A stretch of 64,000 nucleotides of DNA from Candidatus Eremiobacteraceae bacterium (GCA_035622555.1 DASPVD010000105.1:115-64114); one strand, 5' to 3'. Shown: positions 29,854 through 38,666, counted from the stretch's first letter. The notes: generated by a model not told the origin, from the sequence alone. Numbers and translations are program-made.

Positions 29854-31809
29854 CTAGCTGGTTTGGAAGCGGCGCTTATCGATTTTCAGCGTTTTGATCT
29901 TGGAATCGAGAGTGGAAGCGGGGATACCCAGCTTAGCGGCAGCGCCAGAGGGTCCAGAAACACGGCCGCGAGCTTCCGCCAAAGCCGCTTCGATGCGTTC
30001 CTTTTCCTGATCGACCAGATCCTCGCGCAGAGGGCGGCTGGAGCTTGGGCGCACCGAAAGCCAGCTTTCGTCGACAGAAAATTCGCTGGAATCACAGACG
30101 ATCACGGAGCGCTCGATGACGTTCTGCAACTCGCGGATATTGCCGGGCCAGGAATAGGATTGCAGGAGGGACAAGCTTTTCCTATCGATGGCGGTGATTT
30201 TCTTTCCTATTTTGCTGGCATAACGGTCGATGAAATATCGCAGCAACAAAGGAATGTCCTCTTTACGTTCGCGAAGCGAGGGCACCTCTACGGGGAAAAC
30301 GTTGATGCGGTAATAGAGGTCGCTGCGAAAGGTGCCGGCGGCGACGGAGGCGGGCAGGTCGCGGTGAGTGGCGGTAATTACGCGGACGTCGGCACGAATC
30401 GGGCGGGTGCCACCGACACGATCGAATTCGCGTTCCTGCAAGACACGGAGGAGGGCCACTTGGGTTTCCGGGGTCAACTCGCCGATCTCGTCGAGGAAAA
30501 TGGTGCCGCCTTCAGCCAGCTCAAAGCGACCAAGGCGCCGCTGCAGCGCCCCGGTGAAGGCGCCCTTTTCATGGCCGAACAGTTCCGAGGCGATCAGATC
30601 GCGCGGGATCGCGGCGCAGTTGACGCTGACAAAAGCGCGAGAAGCCCGCGGGGAGCGCTTGTGAATGGCCCGGGCAACGAGTTCTTTGCCGGTACCGGTT
30701 TCGCCGGTGATGAGCACGGTGGAATCGCTGGGAGCGACCTTGGAGACGCGGGAAAGGACAGCGAGGAGAGCGGGAGAGGTACCGACGATTTCTTCGAACA
30801 TGGAAGCTTTGTCGATTTCCTCGCGAAGGGCGAGGTTTTCGCGTTGGGTGCGATCCTGCGCGAGCTTCTGTTGGTCGATGTCGGTACGGACACCGCACCA
30901 GCGGATCACGTTGCCGTTTTCGTCGCGAAGGGGATTGAGGCGATAGAGAAACCAGTGATACTCGCCATCGTGCCGGCGCATGCGTACTTCCATCTCAAAG
31001 GACTCGGAGCCGGCCATGGCGCGCTTAATCCCGGTCTTGAGCGCTTGCACGTCGTCGGGATGAACCACCAGGTCCAAAAACTCCATCGGGGGTTTTGGCG
31101 GAATGGGCCCGAAGTACTCCTGAGCCGCGCGGTTTCCGTAGGAGACGTTGGCATCGGCTTCCCAAATGAACATGTGCAAAGGGGCCAGGTCGATGACTTG
31201 TTTTAGTTCACCGGCGCGCTTTTGCTCGGCAGCTTGCGCCTGCTGAAGCGCCTCAAATGCCTGAGCGTTGGTGATGGCTACGGCGGCCTGGTTTGCAAAC
31301 ATGCCTAGCCAGCCAAAATCCTGCTCGGTAACCAGTTCGCGGCTGAAGATCACCATGACGCCAAGAATTTTTCCGCGAGAAATCAGAGGTTGCCCGGCAA
31401 AGCTACGAATCCCTTCCTTGTTGGCCCATTCCGGACGGAGAATCCACTCCTTATCCTGAGAAACGTCCTGGATGAGGATCGGTCTGCCGGAGACACCGAT
31501 AATGTCAAGCTTTCGATTGCCGATGGGAATGCGCTGGAAGTAGCGGCCCTGGATCGAGCACCAGTGTTCGGTCTGATCTTTCGAGGTTCCAGCGCTGGCA
31601 GCCAAGTGAAGGCATTCGCGATGATCGGCGCACTCCAGGCGGAGGAAGCATCCCTTCTCGCAAAGGTCGCCGGGGCCGCGGAGCCAAATACGGGCCAGGG
31701 CGACGCCAGGCTGGGCAGCCAGACCACGAACAATAGATTCAAGAACATCGGTGGCCCGGTGCTCACCGGCAACTTGAGCGGCAAGGGAGAGCAAGGGTTC
31801 GGCGCGCAA
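29854..31809 (-). CDS. Sigma54 enhancer-binding protein, GAF-PAS-AAA+-HTH (FhlA-like)
   Basis: GETGTGKE, ELFGHEKGAFTGA, FLDEIGE, FRSDLYYRINVFP, WPGNIRELQN, GAAAKLGIPASTL; PAS VHPDD...RRHDGEYHW. Confidence 0.95.
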   Translation of the reverse strand: MRAEPLLSLAAQVAGEHRATDVLESIVRGLAAQPGVALARIWLRGPGDLCEKGCFLRLECADHRECLHLAASAGTSKDQTEHWCSIQGRYFQRIPIGNRKLDIIGVSGRPILIQDVSQDKEWILRPEWANKEGIRSFAGQPLISRGKILGVMVIFSRELVTEQDFGWLGMFANQAAVAITNAQAFEALQQAQAAEQKRAGELKQVIDLAPLHMFIWEADANVSYGNRAAQEYFGPIPPKPPMEFLDLVVHPDDVQALKTGIKRAMAGSESFEMEVRMRRHDGEYHWFLYRLNPLRDENGNVIRWCGVRTDIDQQKLAQDRTQRENLALREEIDKASMFEEIVGTSPALLAVLSRVSKVAPSDSTVLITGETGTGKELVARAIHKRSPRASRAFVSVNCAAIPRDLIASELFGHEKGAFTGALQRRLGRFELAEGGTIFLDEIGELTPETQVALLRVLQEREFDRVGGTRPIRADVRVITATHRDLPASVAAGTFRSDLYYRINVFPVEVPSLRERKEDIPLLLRYFIDRYASKIGKKITAIDRKSLSLLQSYSWPGNIRELQNVIERSVIVCDSSEFSVDESWLSVRPSSSRPLREDLVDQEKERIEAALAEARGRVSGPSGAAAKLGIPASTLDSKIKTLKIDKRRFQTS

Positions 31810-31929
31810 AGCGAAACTCCGTCACGTGGCGGATTTTACACCTTGCGGATGCGGGAGTACATTCCGAGGGAGCAGGCACTGGGGGAGAGTTTTTTCGGCG
31901 AGCGGGGAGACAGGTGAGAGCCGCAGCCA

Positions 31930-31961
31930 TGCCCGGTGATCAAGAAGAGAATCACCGGGCA
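31930..31961. terminator. Hairpin downstream of the lipoprotein gene
   Basis: TGCCCGGTGAT-N10-ATCACCGGGCA perfect 11-bp stem, no clear U-tract. Confidence 0.45.
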
Positions 31962-31979
31962 AGGGTTGCGGGTTAGAGG

Positions 31980-33800
31980 TTATTGGGAAACGGCCTCAAT
32001 GATGAAGAGGCCCAACTGATTGTTGTCCACTTCAATGGCGAGCACGGACGAGTCGTTGATGGGGTAGTAGCCAAACTCGGGAGTGCCGGGCACAGTGGTA
32101 GTGGCGTTCAAGCCATTAATGGAGAACAGGCCCTGTGCGGAATTAGTGGTACCGGAGAGAGATCTGCTGGTAATCGGAGTGCCACTAAAGACGTTGTAGT
32201 CGGTGAATCCGGTCCAGTTTAGAGAACTGTCCAGAGTGACTGGGCCGACTGCGGCCCAGACCAGGAGGTTGGTGGTTCCGGCGAAACCCTGTGCAGCGAT
32301 GGCGTACTTGCCGGGATTCACTTGGCTGGCGGTCTGCTGGAAGGCGGGACCGCTGGAGCCCTGGATAGAGTCGCCGCCGACCTCGAGTGCGTTGCCGTTG
32401 CCGTCCAAGTACAACTGGAAGGCGAACGGTCCGTTGCCGATGTTCGAACCAGAAACGGTGACGTTGCTCAGCGCCACCCGACCGAGGGAATCAACGGCCC
32501 AGTTGCCACCGGTGATCTGCAACCCCTGATCCGAACCGACATCGCTGTAGGCCAGACGGCCGGAGACGGTGCCGTTGGAGTTGAGAGCAAATCCTCCGGC
32601 AAAGGTTGCGGTGCCGTTAGCGGCATCTTCGCCGGCAGCCATGAAAACGTAAGTAACGCCACCGACGGAACTGGTTGTAAAGGTTCCGGTGTTGGCGCCT
32701 TGGCCCAAGGCGGTGCCTCCGAGTGTACCGCCGAGAGTGTCGGTTGAGGATTCAACGAGCTGAATCCGTTGTGGCCCGACGATATATCCGATGGTTGCGA
32801 ATGCGACGGCACCGGACGCCTGGGCCGGTGTAAAGGTGATGGTGATGCGTCCGAAGGAGTCTGGAGCGGTGACGGTGCCCGAGGCAAAAGTCTCATTGTT
32901 ACCAACGGAACCGCCGTCGAAATAGTCAAAGACGCTGTTGGCGACAGAGAAGGAGGTTCCGCTGATGTTGATAATGCCGCCGATAAACAATGGATTGGGA
33001 TTGGAAGCGCCGTCGAGGCCGCCGAGGCTGAAAGCGTATCCACCGGCGGGAGCGGCGGTGCTGGTCTGTAGGTCGAGTGTTCCGGCGGCAGTGGCGGAGG
33101 AATCGAACTCGATAATTTGCGCGTGGGCACTGGAAACCAGGGAGCCGCGAAAAGTCTCGACACCGTTCACGCCCAGACTAGAATTGCCGGTGGCGAGAAC
33201 CAGTTGAAAGTTGCCGTTGGAGGAACTGGTCAAGCTGCTGGCCGATGCCTGCAGGGTGTTCTGCGTTCCGGTTGTGGGGTCGATGTAATCCTGTTCGCCA
33301 GCGGTGATGGCACCCTTCGAAACAGTAAAGACGCCGGCGAGGAAATATGGGCTATTGCCGTTCTCGCCGGTCAAGCGATAAACGTAGTTGCCATCGGCCA
33401 ATACAGCAGTTGTAGAAGAAGTGATCGAGATGGTGGCGGTTGCGGATGCGCTTTTGTCGGCAACAGACGTGGCGGTGAGGGTTACGTTGGACCCAGAGGG
33501 AACAGCGCTGGGAGCCGTATAGGTGGTGGTGGGATTATTGCCACCACCTGTGGCCGGATTGACGCTGCCACAAGCCGAGCCGCTGCAGGTGACCGTCCAG
33601 GTTACGCCAGAGGAGGTACTGTCGTTGGAGACTGTGGCGGTGATACTGGCGGAAGCGCTGACGGCCATGGATCCTGGCGCATTGGAGATGGTGACCGTGA
33701 TGGAAGAAGGCGGGGTCGGTCCGCCGCCGGATCCGCAGGCGGCTAACAACCAGCCCGCAGCTAAAGCGACAGGGAGCAAAATGCGTTGGCGGAAGTTCAT
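31980..33800 (-). CDS. Ser/Thr/Gly-rich surface lipoprotein: Ig-like domain plus about four beta-rich repeats
   Basis: Lipobox LAAC-G; repeats start GNYVYRLTG, GGYAFSLGG, GVTYVFMAAG, GKYAIAAQG. Confidence 0.8.
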   Translation of the reverse strand: MNFRQRILLPVALAAGWLLAACGSGGGPTPPSSITVTISNAPGSMAVSASASITATVSNDSTSSGVTWTVTCSGSACGSVNPATGGGNNPTTTYTAPSAVPSGSNVTLTATSVADKSASATATISITSSTTAVLADGNYVYRLTGENGNSPYFLAGVFTVSKGAITAGEQDYIDPTTGTQNTLQASASSLTSSSNGNFQLVLATGNSSLGVNGVETFRGSLVSSAHAQIIEFDSSATAAGTLDLQTSTAAPAGGYAFSLGGLDGASNPNPLFIGGIINISGTSFSVANSVFDYFDGGSVGNNETFASGTVTAPDSFGRITITFTPAQASGAVAFATIGYIVGPQRIQLVESSTDTLGGTLGGTALGQGANTGTFTTSSVGGVTYVFMAAGEDAANGTATFAGGFALNSNGTVSGRLAYSDVGSDQGLQITGGNWAVDSLGRVALSNVTVSGSNIGNGPFAFQLYLDGNGNALEVGGDSIQGSSGPAFQQTASQVNPGKYAIAAQGFAGTTNLLVWAAVGPVTLDSSLNWTGFTDYNVFSGTPITSRSLSGTTNSAQGLFSINGLNATTTVPGTPEFGYYPINDSSVLAIEVDNNQLGLFIIEAVSQ

Positions 33801-34291
33801 TGATTATCTCCCTTGGTCACGATTTCATTGTGGCGAGCGCCAGCGCTAGCGGGGTGCACGAGGAATCCTCTGTCGTTGCGGATGGTGATTTGGCGATCAC
33901 CCACAGTCAGGCGACGCACGAGCAGGAAGTCGTGACCGTTGAATGTGGAAATCACGCCATCGACGGTGACGGACTGGCCGACCGCCAGGCTCTGCTGCAC
34001 ATCAGTGGCGAGGTAGGGCCCGACACTCGCATCCAGGAGTCCTTGAGGACCAGCCAAAATCAGGCGAGTGCCCCGAGGGCTGCCGAGCGCGTGAGTGGAA
34101 ACGACCTCTTGTATCGTTGCTGTTGCCGCGAGCCGGTCGCCTGCGGACACGGCATCGGACTGGGTGGCGCTGGTAGCGCGGAACGAGGTCGAAGTTGCCA
34201 CCGCCGCACTTTGTGCCCGGGCGATGCTCGGGACCGTTGCGCCGAGCGCCGACAAGCAGAACACAACAACCAAATGTCTGCTGCGATTCAT
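33797..34291 (-). CDS. Secreted hypothetical protein, OB-fold-like
   Basis: AAGGAGG RBS, signal peptide, DASVGPY...LAVGQSVTVDG...LLVRRLTVGDRQITIRNDRG; ATGA overlap with the lipoprotein. Confidence 0.75.
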   Translation of the reverse strand: MNRSRHLVVVFCLSALGATVPSIARAQSAAVATSTSFRATSATQSDAVSAGDRLAATATIQEVVSTHALGSPRGTRLILAGPQGLLDASVGPYLATDVQQSLAVGQSVTVDGVISTFNGHDFLLVRRLTVGDRQITIRNDRGFLVHPASAGARHNEIVTKGDNQ

Positions 34292-34399
34292 TTTTCCTCC
34301 TTAAAGATTGGTTAGTTTTCCGGCCTGTTCAGGACAGGCTTTTTTTGACTTCGAGTGACGCTGCTTTCTTTTTCAGAATTGACGCCGGTTTTAGAGGAA

Positions 34400-34415
34400 T
34401 GCAAAAGTCGCGCCA
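34400..34415 (-). promoter_or_regulatory. Sigma54 -24/-12 promoter
   Basis: TGGCGCGACTTTTGCA upstream of the OB-fold/lipoprotein operon. Confidence 0.85.
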
Positions 34416-34468
34416 AATTGCAAAGTGGTGAAAATGCGGGTGGTAGGGAATCACGAGTTTCCAGGAGA

Positions 34469-34494
34469 CTCGCGAATTCACGAGAGTTCGGGAA
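34469..34494 (-). promoter_or_regulatory. Tripartite TTCnnGAA enhancer, copy B
   Basis: TTCCCGAA-CT-CTCGTGAA-TTCGCGAG on the minus strand, 53 bp upstream of the -24 box. Confidence 0.75.
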
Positions 34495-34674
34495 ACCATT
34501 TGAGGGGAAATCAAAAAAAGGAAAGACGTGCAGCTTGCTGAAGCGCGAATCCGGGGCTACAGCGAATCAACCGCGTGAAGTCATGAAGGCAACTTTTCGT
34601 TTGAGAATGCGTGATCAAAATGCGGACAAGATGCGGCGCTATCAGAAGAAATGAAAGATTGGCGAGATGGCGGG

Positions 34675-35181
34675 CTAGCTGGCTGTTGCGAAGTTGTTCC
34701 GTTGATGATCTTCACTGATGGCAGCTTGGTGAGCCACTCGTTCGGCCTTTTCGATCCAGGCGCGAGTGAGGTCTTCGCCGATGATGGGAAGAGCCGTGTG
34801 ACGAAACAGCGCCAGCCAGCCGCGTAGAACTTCATCATTAATTTGTTGGCGAAGCGCCTGAGGGGTTTGCTCGGTCGCAAACACCGGACAGGAAGCGATG
34901 ACACCGTCAGGTTGGGGATGGGGAACCCGGGGCGCGTGGGTTTCCGCGGTACTGCCCCGAGACATATCAGGATCGACGGAACGCAGAGGATTGCCGCCCA
35001 GCACAACCCACCAGAAATAGGTCAGGCAGGCACGTTGATCCGCATTGCCGTTCAGGAGATGGAAAAGGTTGGCCAGCGCATGGCGGCGCTGCATATTGCG
35101 GTGGACTTGCTCGACGACCAAGGCGATGCGGCACAGACCGATTTCGTGCGCCAAGTTTCTGTTCTTTGCGGGATTGCTCAT
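34675..35181 (-). CDS. Divergent truncated-hemoglobin-like (group III-like) protein
   Basis: GAGGA RBS; LANLF, LTYFWWVVLGG, RGWLALFRHTA, WIEKAERVA resemble 2/2 globin helices. Confidence 0.65.
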   Translation of the reverse strand: MSNPAKNRNLAHEIGLCRIALVVEQVHRNMQRRHALANLFHLLNGNADQRACLTYFWWVVLGGNPLRSVDPDMSRGSTAETHAPRVPHPQPDGVIASCPVFATEQTPQALRQQINDEVLRGWLALFRHTALPIIGEDLTRAWIEKAERVAHQAAISEDHQRNNFATAS

Positions 35182-35215
35182 GGTGGGTTCCTCTTTAACA
35201 GCCGTGTGAGGGAGG

Positions 35216-35231
35216 AGCAACGCAAAAGCCA
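35216..35231 (-). promoter_or_regulatory. Sigma54 -24/-12 promoter
   Basis: TGGCTTTTGCGTTGCT, 35 bp upstream of the globin-like ATG. Confidence 0.7.
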
Positions 35232-35293
35232 AAGGCTAAGTGCTTGGTTGCCGGGCTGTTGTGGCGGGTGGTCACGAAGATGGCGGTGGGGAT

Positions 35294-35319
35294 TTCCTGA
35301 AATTTCGTGAATTCCCGAA
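35294..35319 (+). promoter_or_regulatory. Tripartite TTCnnGAA enhancer, copy C (between divergent promoters)
   Basis: TTCCTGAA-AT-TTCGTGAA-TTCCCGAA, 55 bp upstream of the plus-strand -24 box. Confidence 0.78.
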
Positions 35320-35374
35320 CCGCCGGGGATGCTTGATAGGCCCTAGAATAACGATTTTTCAGCTAGTTAGGCTT

Positions 35375-35390
35375 TGGTTCACGGGTTGCA
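35375..35390 (+). promoter_or_regulatory. Sigma54 -24/-12 promoter
   Basis: TGGTTCACGGGTTGCA upstream of the DUF3300 gene. Confidence 0.7.
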
Positions 35391-35446
35391 GTAACCACGG
35401 CCGAAGGACGCAAATGAGGTCGCAGAAGCGAAAGCTGGAGGGCGTT

Positions 35447-37336
35447 ATGGGGAAAATCAACGGGATCGTGAAAGTGGCAGGCTTTGTTCTGGCCGCTCTG
35501 ATTTGTTGGAAGGTTGCAGCGGCTCAAGAGCCACTAGCCAACATCGAGGGGAACTGGACCATTTATTCGAACAGGATCCAGGACGGAGCGGTGGAAATCA
35601 AACACCTGCAAATCGTCCAACTGGGAAATCAGTTGACGGGATTCTTCGAAGGGCCTGTTCAATCCGGTGCGATTCAAGGGTCGATCAATGGGAATGAGGT
35701 GAAATTCAAAACCAAGACACCCAACGTGCTGAAGTTTCAAGGCGTGGCCTCTGGAAACGGCATAGCGGGAATGTACACGCTGCACGGACGAAGCGCCGGG
35801 TGGCAAGCGGTGCGCACGACGGGCATGGGACTGGCAGCGCCGTTGACTACAGTGACGACCTATCAATATCAACCGGTGCAGACGTATCAGGCGCCACAAG
35901 CGGTGCAGGCGCCTGAGCAGGCAACACCCCAAACAGCAACGCAGGAGGCGCCGCAGCCTGCGACGACGGCGCCTCCGGAAGGTAATTATGGGCCAGCTCC
36001 GGCCCCGCAATCGGAGGCGCAACTGGATGCGCTGGTGGCCCCGATAGCCCTGTATCCGGACGCATTGGTTGCGCAGGTCCTGGCGGCATCGACGTTGCCG
36101 GACCAGGTGGCGATAGCGGATTATTGGGTACATCAGAACTCCAATCTGACCGGCCAGGCGCTGATGCAGGCGGTTGATCAGCAGAGCTGGGATCCGAGCG
36201 TGAAGGCGCTAACGCAATTCCCATCAGTGCTGGATAACCTGGCGAAGAATCTGGCGTGGACGTCGAGCCTGGGGCAGGCGTTTCACAACCAACAGCCGGA
36301 CGTGATGGCGGCGGTGCAGGCGATGCGGGCGAAGGCGCAAGCGGCAGGCACGCTGCAGTCGAACACGCAGATCACGGTGACGCAATCGACTCCGGGAACG
36401 ATCGTGATTCAGCCGGCGAATCCGCAGGTTGTGTACGTTCCGCAATACAACCCGATGATTGTGTACGGAGCGCCGATCGTTGTGCCGCTGTACACCCCGC
36501 CGGTGGTGTTTGCCGCGCCGGTAGTGACGTTTGGCGCGGGAATCGTATTCGGCGGTGGAGGCGGATTCGTGGCCGGCGGGGGATTTGGCTGGGGCTTCCA
36601 TGCCTGGGCTTGCAATTGGGGCGGAGGCGGAGGGGGAAGCACGATCATCTTCAACCACAACACCTATATCAACAACAACACCTGGAGGAACACGAGCTAT
36701 AACGGGTATCACCCCTGGGGCCCCGGCCCACATGGACCCGGCCCGTACGGGCCAAACGGCTATCACCCGGGCGGATATGTCGGACCCAACGGCACCTATC
36801 ACCCCGACCCTGGGTATCATCCGGGGACGGACACGCATTACGGTCCAAACGGGGGCTACCATCCCAACGGGTATTTCGGTCCGAATGGGGGGTGGCACCA
36901 AGACGTACCGGGGACTGGTCCCGCGCACATGCCCAATGGCGGAGAAAACGGGAACCACGGATTGATCGGCGGAAACGGCGGAGTGCAGAACCCGAATGCC
37001 GGACGGAATGGGCCGGGAGTAGCGCCAGCCGGCGGCTATGGCAACGGAATGAACAACACCGGCGGACTGCAGCATAGCGGACCGAGCAGTCTCGGATCGA
37101 GCAACATGGAAGCGAGCAACCGCGGAGCGAGCGGCCTGGGAGCGGAACGCGCCAACGACTCCAGTTATGGCAGCCGCGGCTGGAACCAAAACCGGTCACG
37201 CATGAGCGGAGACGGAGCGATGAATCGAGCGGAGAGCAATCGCGGGCGGCGCAGCATGATGGGACGCCGTGAGCACATGGGCAGGCAGCACTTTGGCGGT
37301 GGACACCGCTCGTTCGGCGGCGGGCGCCGGCGTTAA
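35447..37336 (+). CDS. DUF3300 domain protein with extra N-terminal domain and Gly/His/Tyr/Pro-rich tail
   Basis: GGAGG RBS, signal peptide, LDALVAPIALYPDALVAQVL, WDPSVKAL, IVIQPANPQVVYVPQYNP. Confidence 0.88.
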   Translation: MGKINGIVKVAGFVLAALICWKVAAAQEPLANIEGNWTIYSNRIQDGAVEIKHLQIVQLGNQLTGFFEGPVQSGAIQGSINGNEVKFKTKTPNVLKFQGVASGNGIAGMYTLHGRSAGWQAVRTTGMGLAAPLTTVTTYQYQPVQTYQAPQAVQAPEQATPQTATQEAPQPATTAPPEGNYGPAPAPQSEAQLDALVAPIALYPDALVAQVLAASTLPDQVAIADYWVHQNSNLTGQALMQAVDQQSWDPSVKALTQFPSVLDNLAKNLAWTSSLGQAFHNQQPDVMAAVQAMRAKAQAAGTLQSNTQITVTQSTPGTIVIQPANPQVVYVPQYNPMIVYGAPIVVPLYTPPVVFAAPVVTFGAGIVFGGGGGFVAGGGFGWGFHAWACNWGGGGGGSTIIFNHNTYINNNTWRNTSYNGYHPWGPGPHGPGPYGPNGYHPGGYVGPNGTYHPDPGYHPGTDTHYGPNGGYHPNGYFGPNGGWHQDVPGTGPAHMPNGGENGNHGLIGGNGGVQNPNAGRNGPGVAPAGGYGNGMNNTGGLQHSGPSSLGSSNMEASNRGASGLGAERANDSSYGSRGWNQNRSRMSGDGAMNRAESNRGRRSMMGRREHMGRQHFGGGHRSFGGGRRR

Positions 37337-37403
37337 AGGCAAAGAAGGGTATCCATGGGGAACGAGATTGGAAAAGAGAAAAGGAATTCAGAGGAGATTG
37401 AAA

Positions 37404-38342
37404 ATGGCGACGAATGCGAAATCGAGAAAGTGGAAGCAAGCAATTCTGGCGGTGGTAGCAGTGCTCGCGCTGGTGATCGTGGTGGTACGAACGACGGCAA
37501 AGGCGAAAGGTCCCATGACGTTTCAGACACCGGAGGAAGCCGGCAAAGCGTTGGACCAGGCGGCGAAGAATGGCAATCAAGCCACGCTGACGCGCATCCT
37601 GGGCGGCGAGACCAAAGCCCTGCTGTTGACCGGAGACAAGGACGCAGATAAGGGCGGACTGGACAAGTTTACCTCCAAATACCAGCAAATGAACCGTTGG
37701 GTGGAGATGAGCGACGGCAGCCGCGTACTGTACATCGGAGCTGATAACTTCGCGTTCCCGGTGCCGCTGGCGAAGAACGAGTCAGGGCGGTGGTATTTCG
37801 ATGGAGTGGCCGGGGCTGAGGAATTGCGAGCGCGGGAAGTGGGCCGGAACGAACTGTTGGCGATCGATGCTTGTGCGGCTATGGCCAACGCGGAACAGAT
37901 TTACGCGGAGGACTATAGCCAGTCGGGGGAATATGCGCAGAGGATCATCAGCACCGCGGGCAACCAAGACGGTCTGTATTGGCCGGTGTCGCAAGGAGAG
38001 GCGCCGAGTCCCCTGGGAAATCTGAACGAATTTGCGAAGTCTTCGCTCACGTCCGTTTCGCCTGATCAGCCCTTGGTCATTGATGGCTATACGTTCCGCA
38101 TTCTGACAGCGCAAGGCGATGAAGCGCCCGGAGGAGCGGTGAATTACATGGTGGACGGAAAGATGAGCGGCGGGTTCGCCATCCTGGCGACTCCAGTGAA
38201 GTATGGCGAGACCGGAATCATGACGTTCATGACCGGCCCGAATGGCGTGGTGTACGAGCGCGATTTGGGGCCTGATAGCGTGAAGATTGCGGAGTCCGTT
38301 CAGGATTTCAATCCGACCGACGATTGGTCGCTGATCGAGTAG
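37404..38342 (+). CDS. DUF2950 family protein
   Basis: FQTPEEA, FPVPLAK...WYFD, REVGRNEL, DGLYWP, GYTFRILTAQG, YGETGIMTF; usual DUF3300 partner. Confidence 0.9.
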   Translation: MATNAKSRKWKQAILAVVAVLALVIVVVRTTAKAKGPMTFQTPEEAGKALDQAAKNGNQATLTRILGGETKALLLTGDKDADKGGLDKFTSKYQQMNRWVEMSDGSRVLYIGADNFAFPVPLAKNESGRWYFDGVAGAEELRAREVGRNELLAIDACAAMANAEQIYAEDYSQSGEYAQRIISTAGNQDGLYWPVSQGEAPSPLGNLNEFAKSSLTSVSPDQPLVIDGYTFRILTAQGDEAPGGAVNYMVDGKMSGGFAILATPVKYGETGIMTFMTGPNGVVYERDLGPDSVKIAESVQDFNPTDDWSLIE

Positions 38343-38439
38343 GCCCGGCGGTTCAGCAGGTTCTTGAAAAACTGTCCGCGACCGTCAAGCGAAGCGAGAA
38401 ATAGGCGGCGCCGGAAAAGGGACAGAAAAGAGAAATTCT

Positions 38440-38468
38440 TCGGGCCTGTCTGTGGCAGACAGGCCCGA
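38440..38468. repeat. Perfect 13-bp inverted repeat (REP-like or terminator)
   Basis: TCGGGCCTGTCTG-TGG-CAGACAGGCCCGA preceded by AGAGAAATTCT. Confidence 0.65.
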
Positions 38469-38666
38469 GCCGTTTCTTGGTGAGAGAAGTGGTTCGGGAC
38501 CGCAAGATAATGGGAGTGAAGGTTCGGGAGGTAGTACACCCAGTTGTGGAGCTTCTGCCGGAGTATCTTGATCCGTTGACCTGGCAGTTGTTCCCGTTGG
38601 CGACACGGGCTGATCTAGAATCAGTGGACATGAAACGTCGCGTAGCGCTGGCACGTGGGTAGCGAG

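Noticed and set aside
29833-31206. 457-aa plus-strand ORF (also 24293-25324, 25539-27134, 40604-41509, 41976-44048, 44088-45026)
   Set aside because: Antisense shadows of well-supported genes, expected at high GC; no recognisable motifs
35240-35446. Upstream extension of the DUF3300 ORF (similarly 29634-29750 and 35182-35232)
   Set aside because: These extensions run through the sigma54 promoters or enhancer; the RBS and signal peptide support the downstream ATGs
36701-36898. DNA-level repeats as a possible CRISPR or tandem array
   Set aside because: They are imperfect in-frame peptide repeats; no repeat-spacer structure or cas genes in the window
38649-38664. TGGCACGTGGGTAGCG as a fifth regulon promoter
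   Set aside because: Overlaps the probable start codon, has a weak -12, and the nearby TTCGGGA sites lack the triplet architecture
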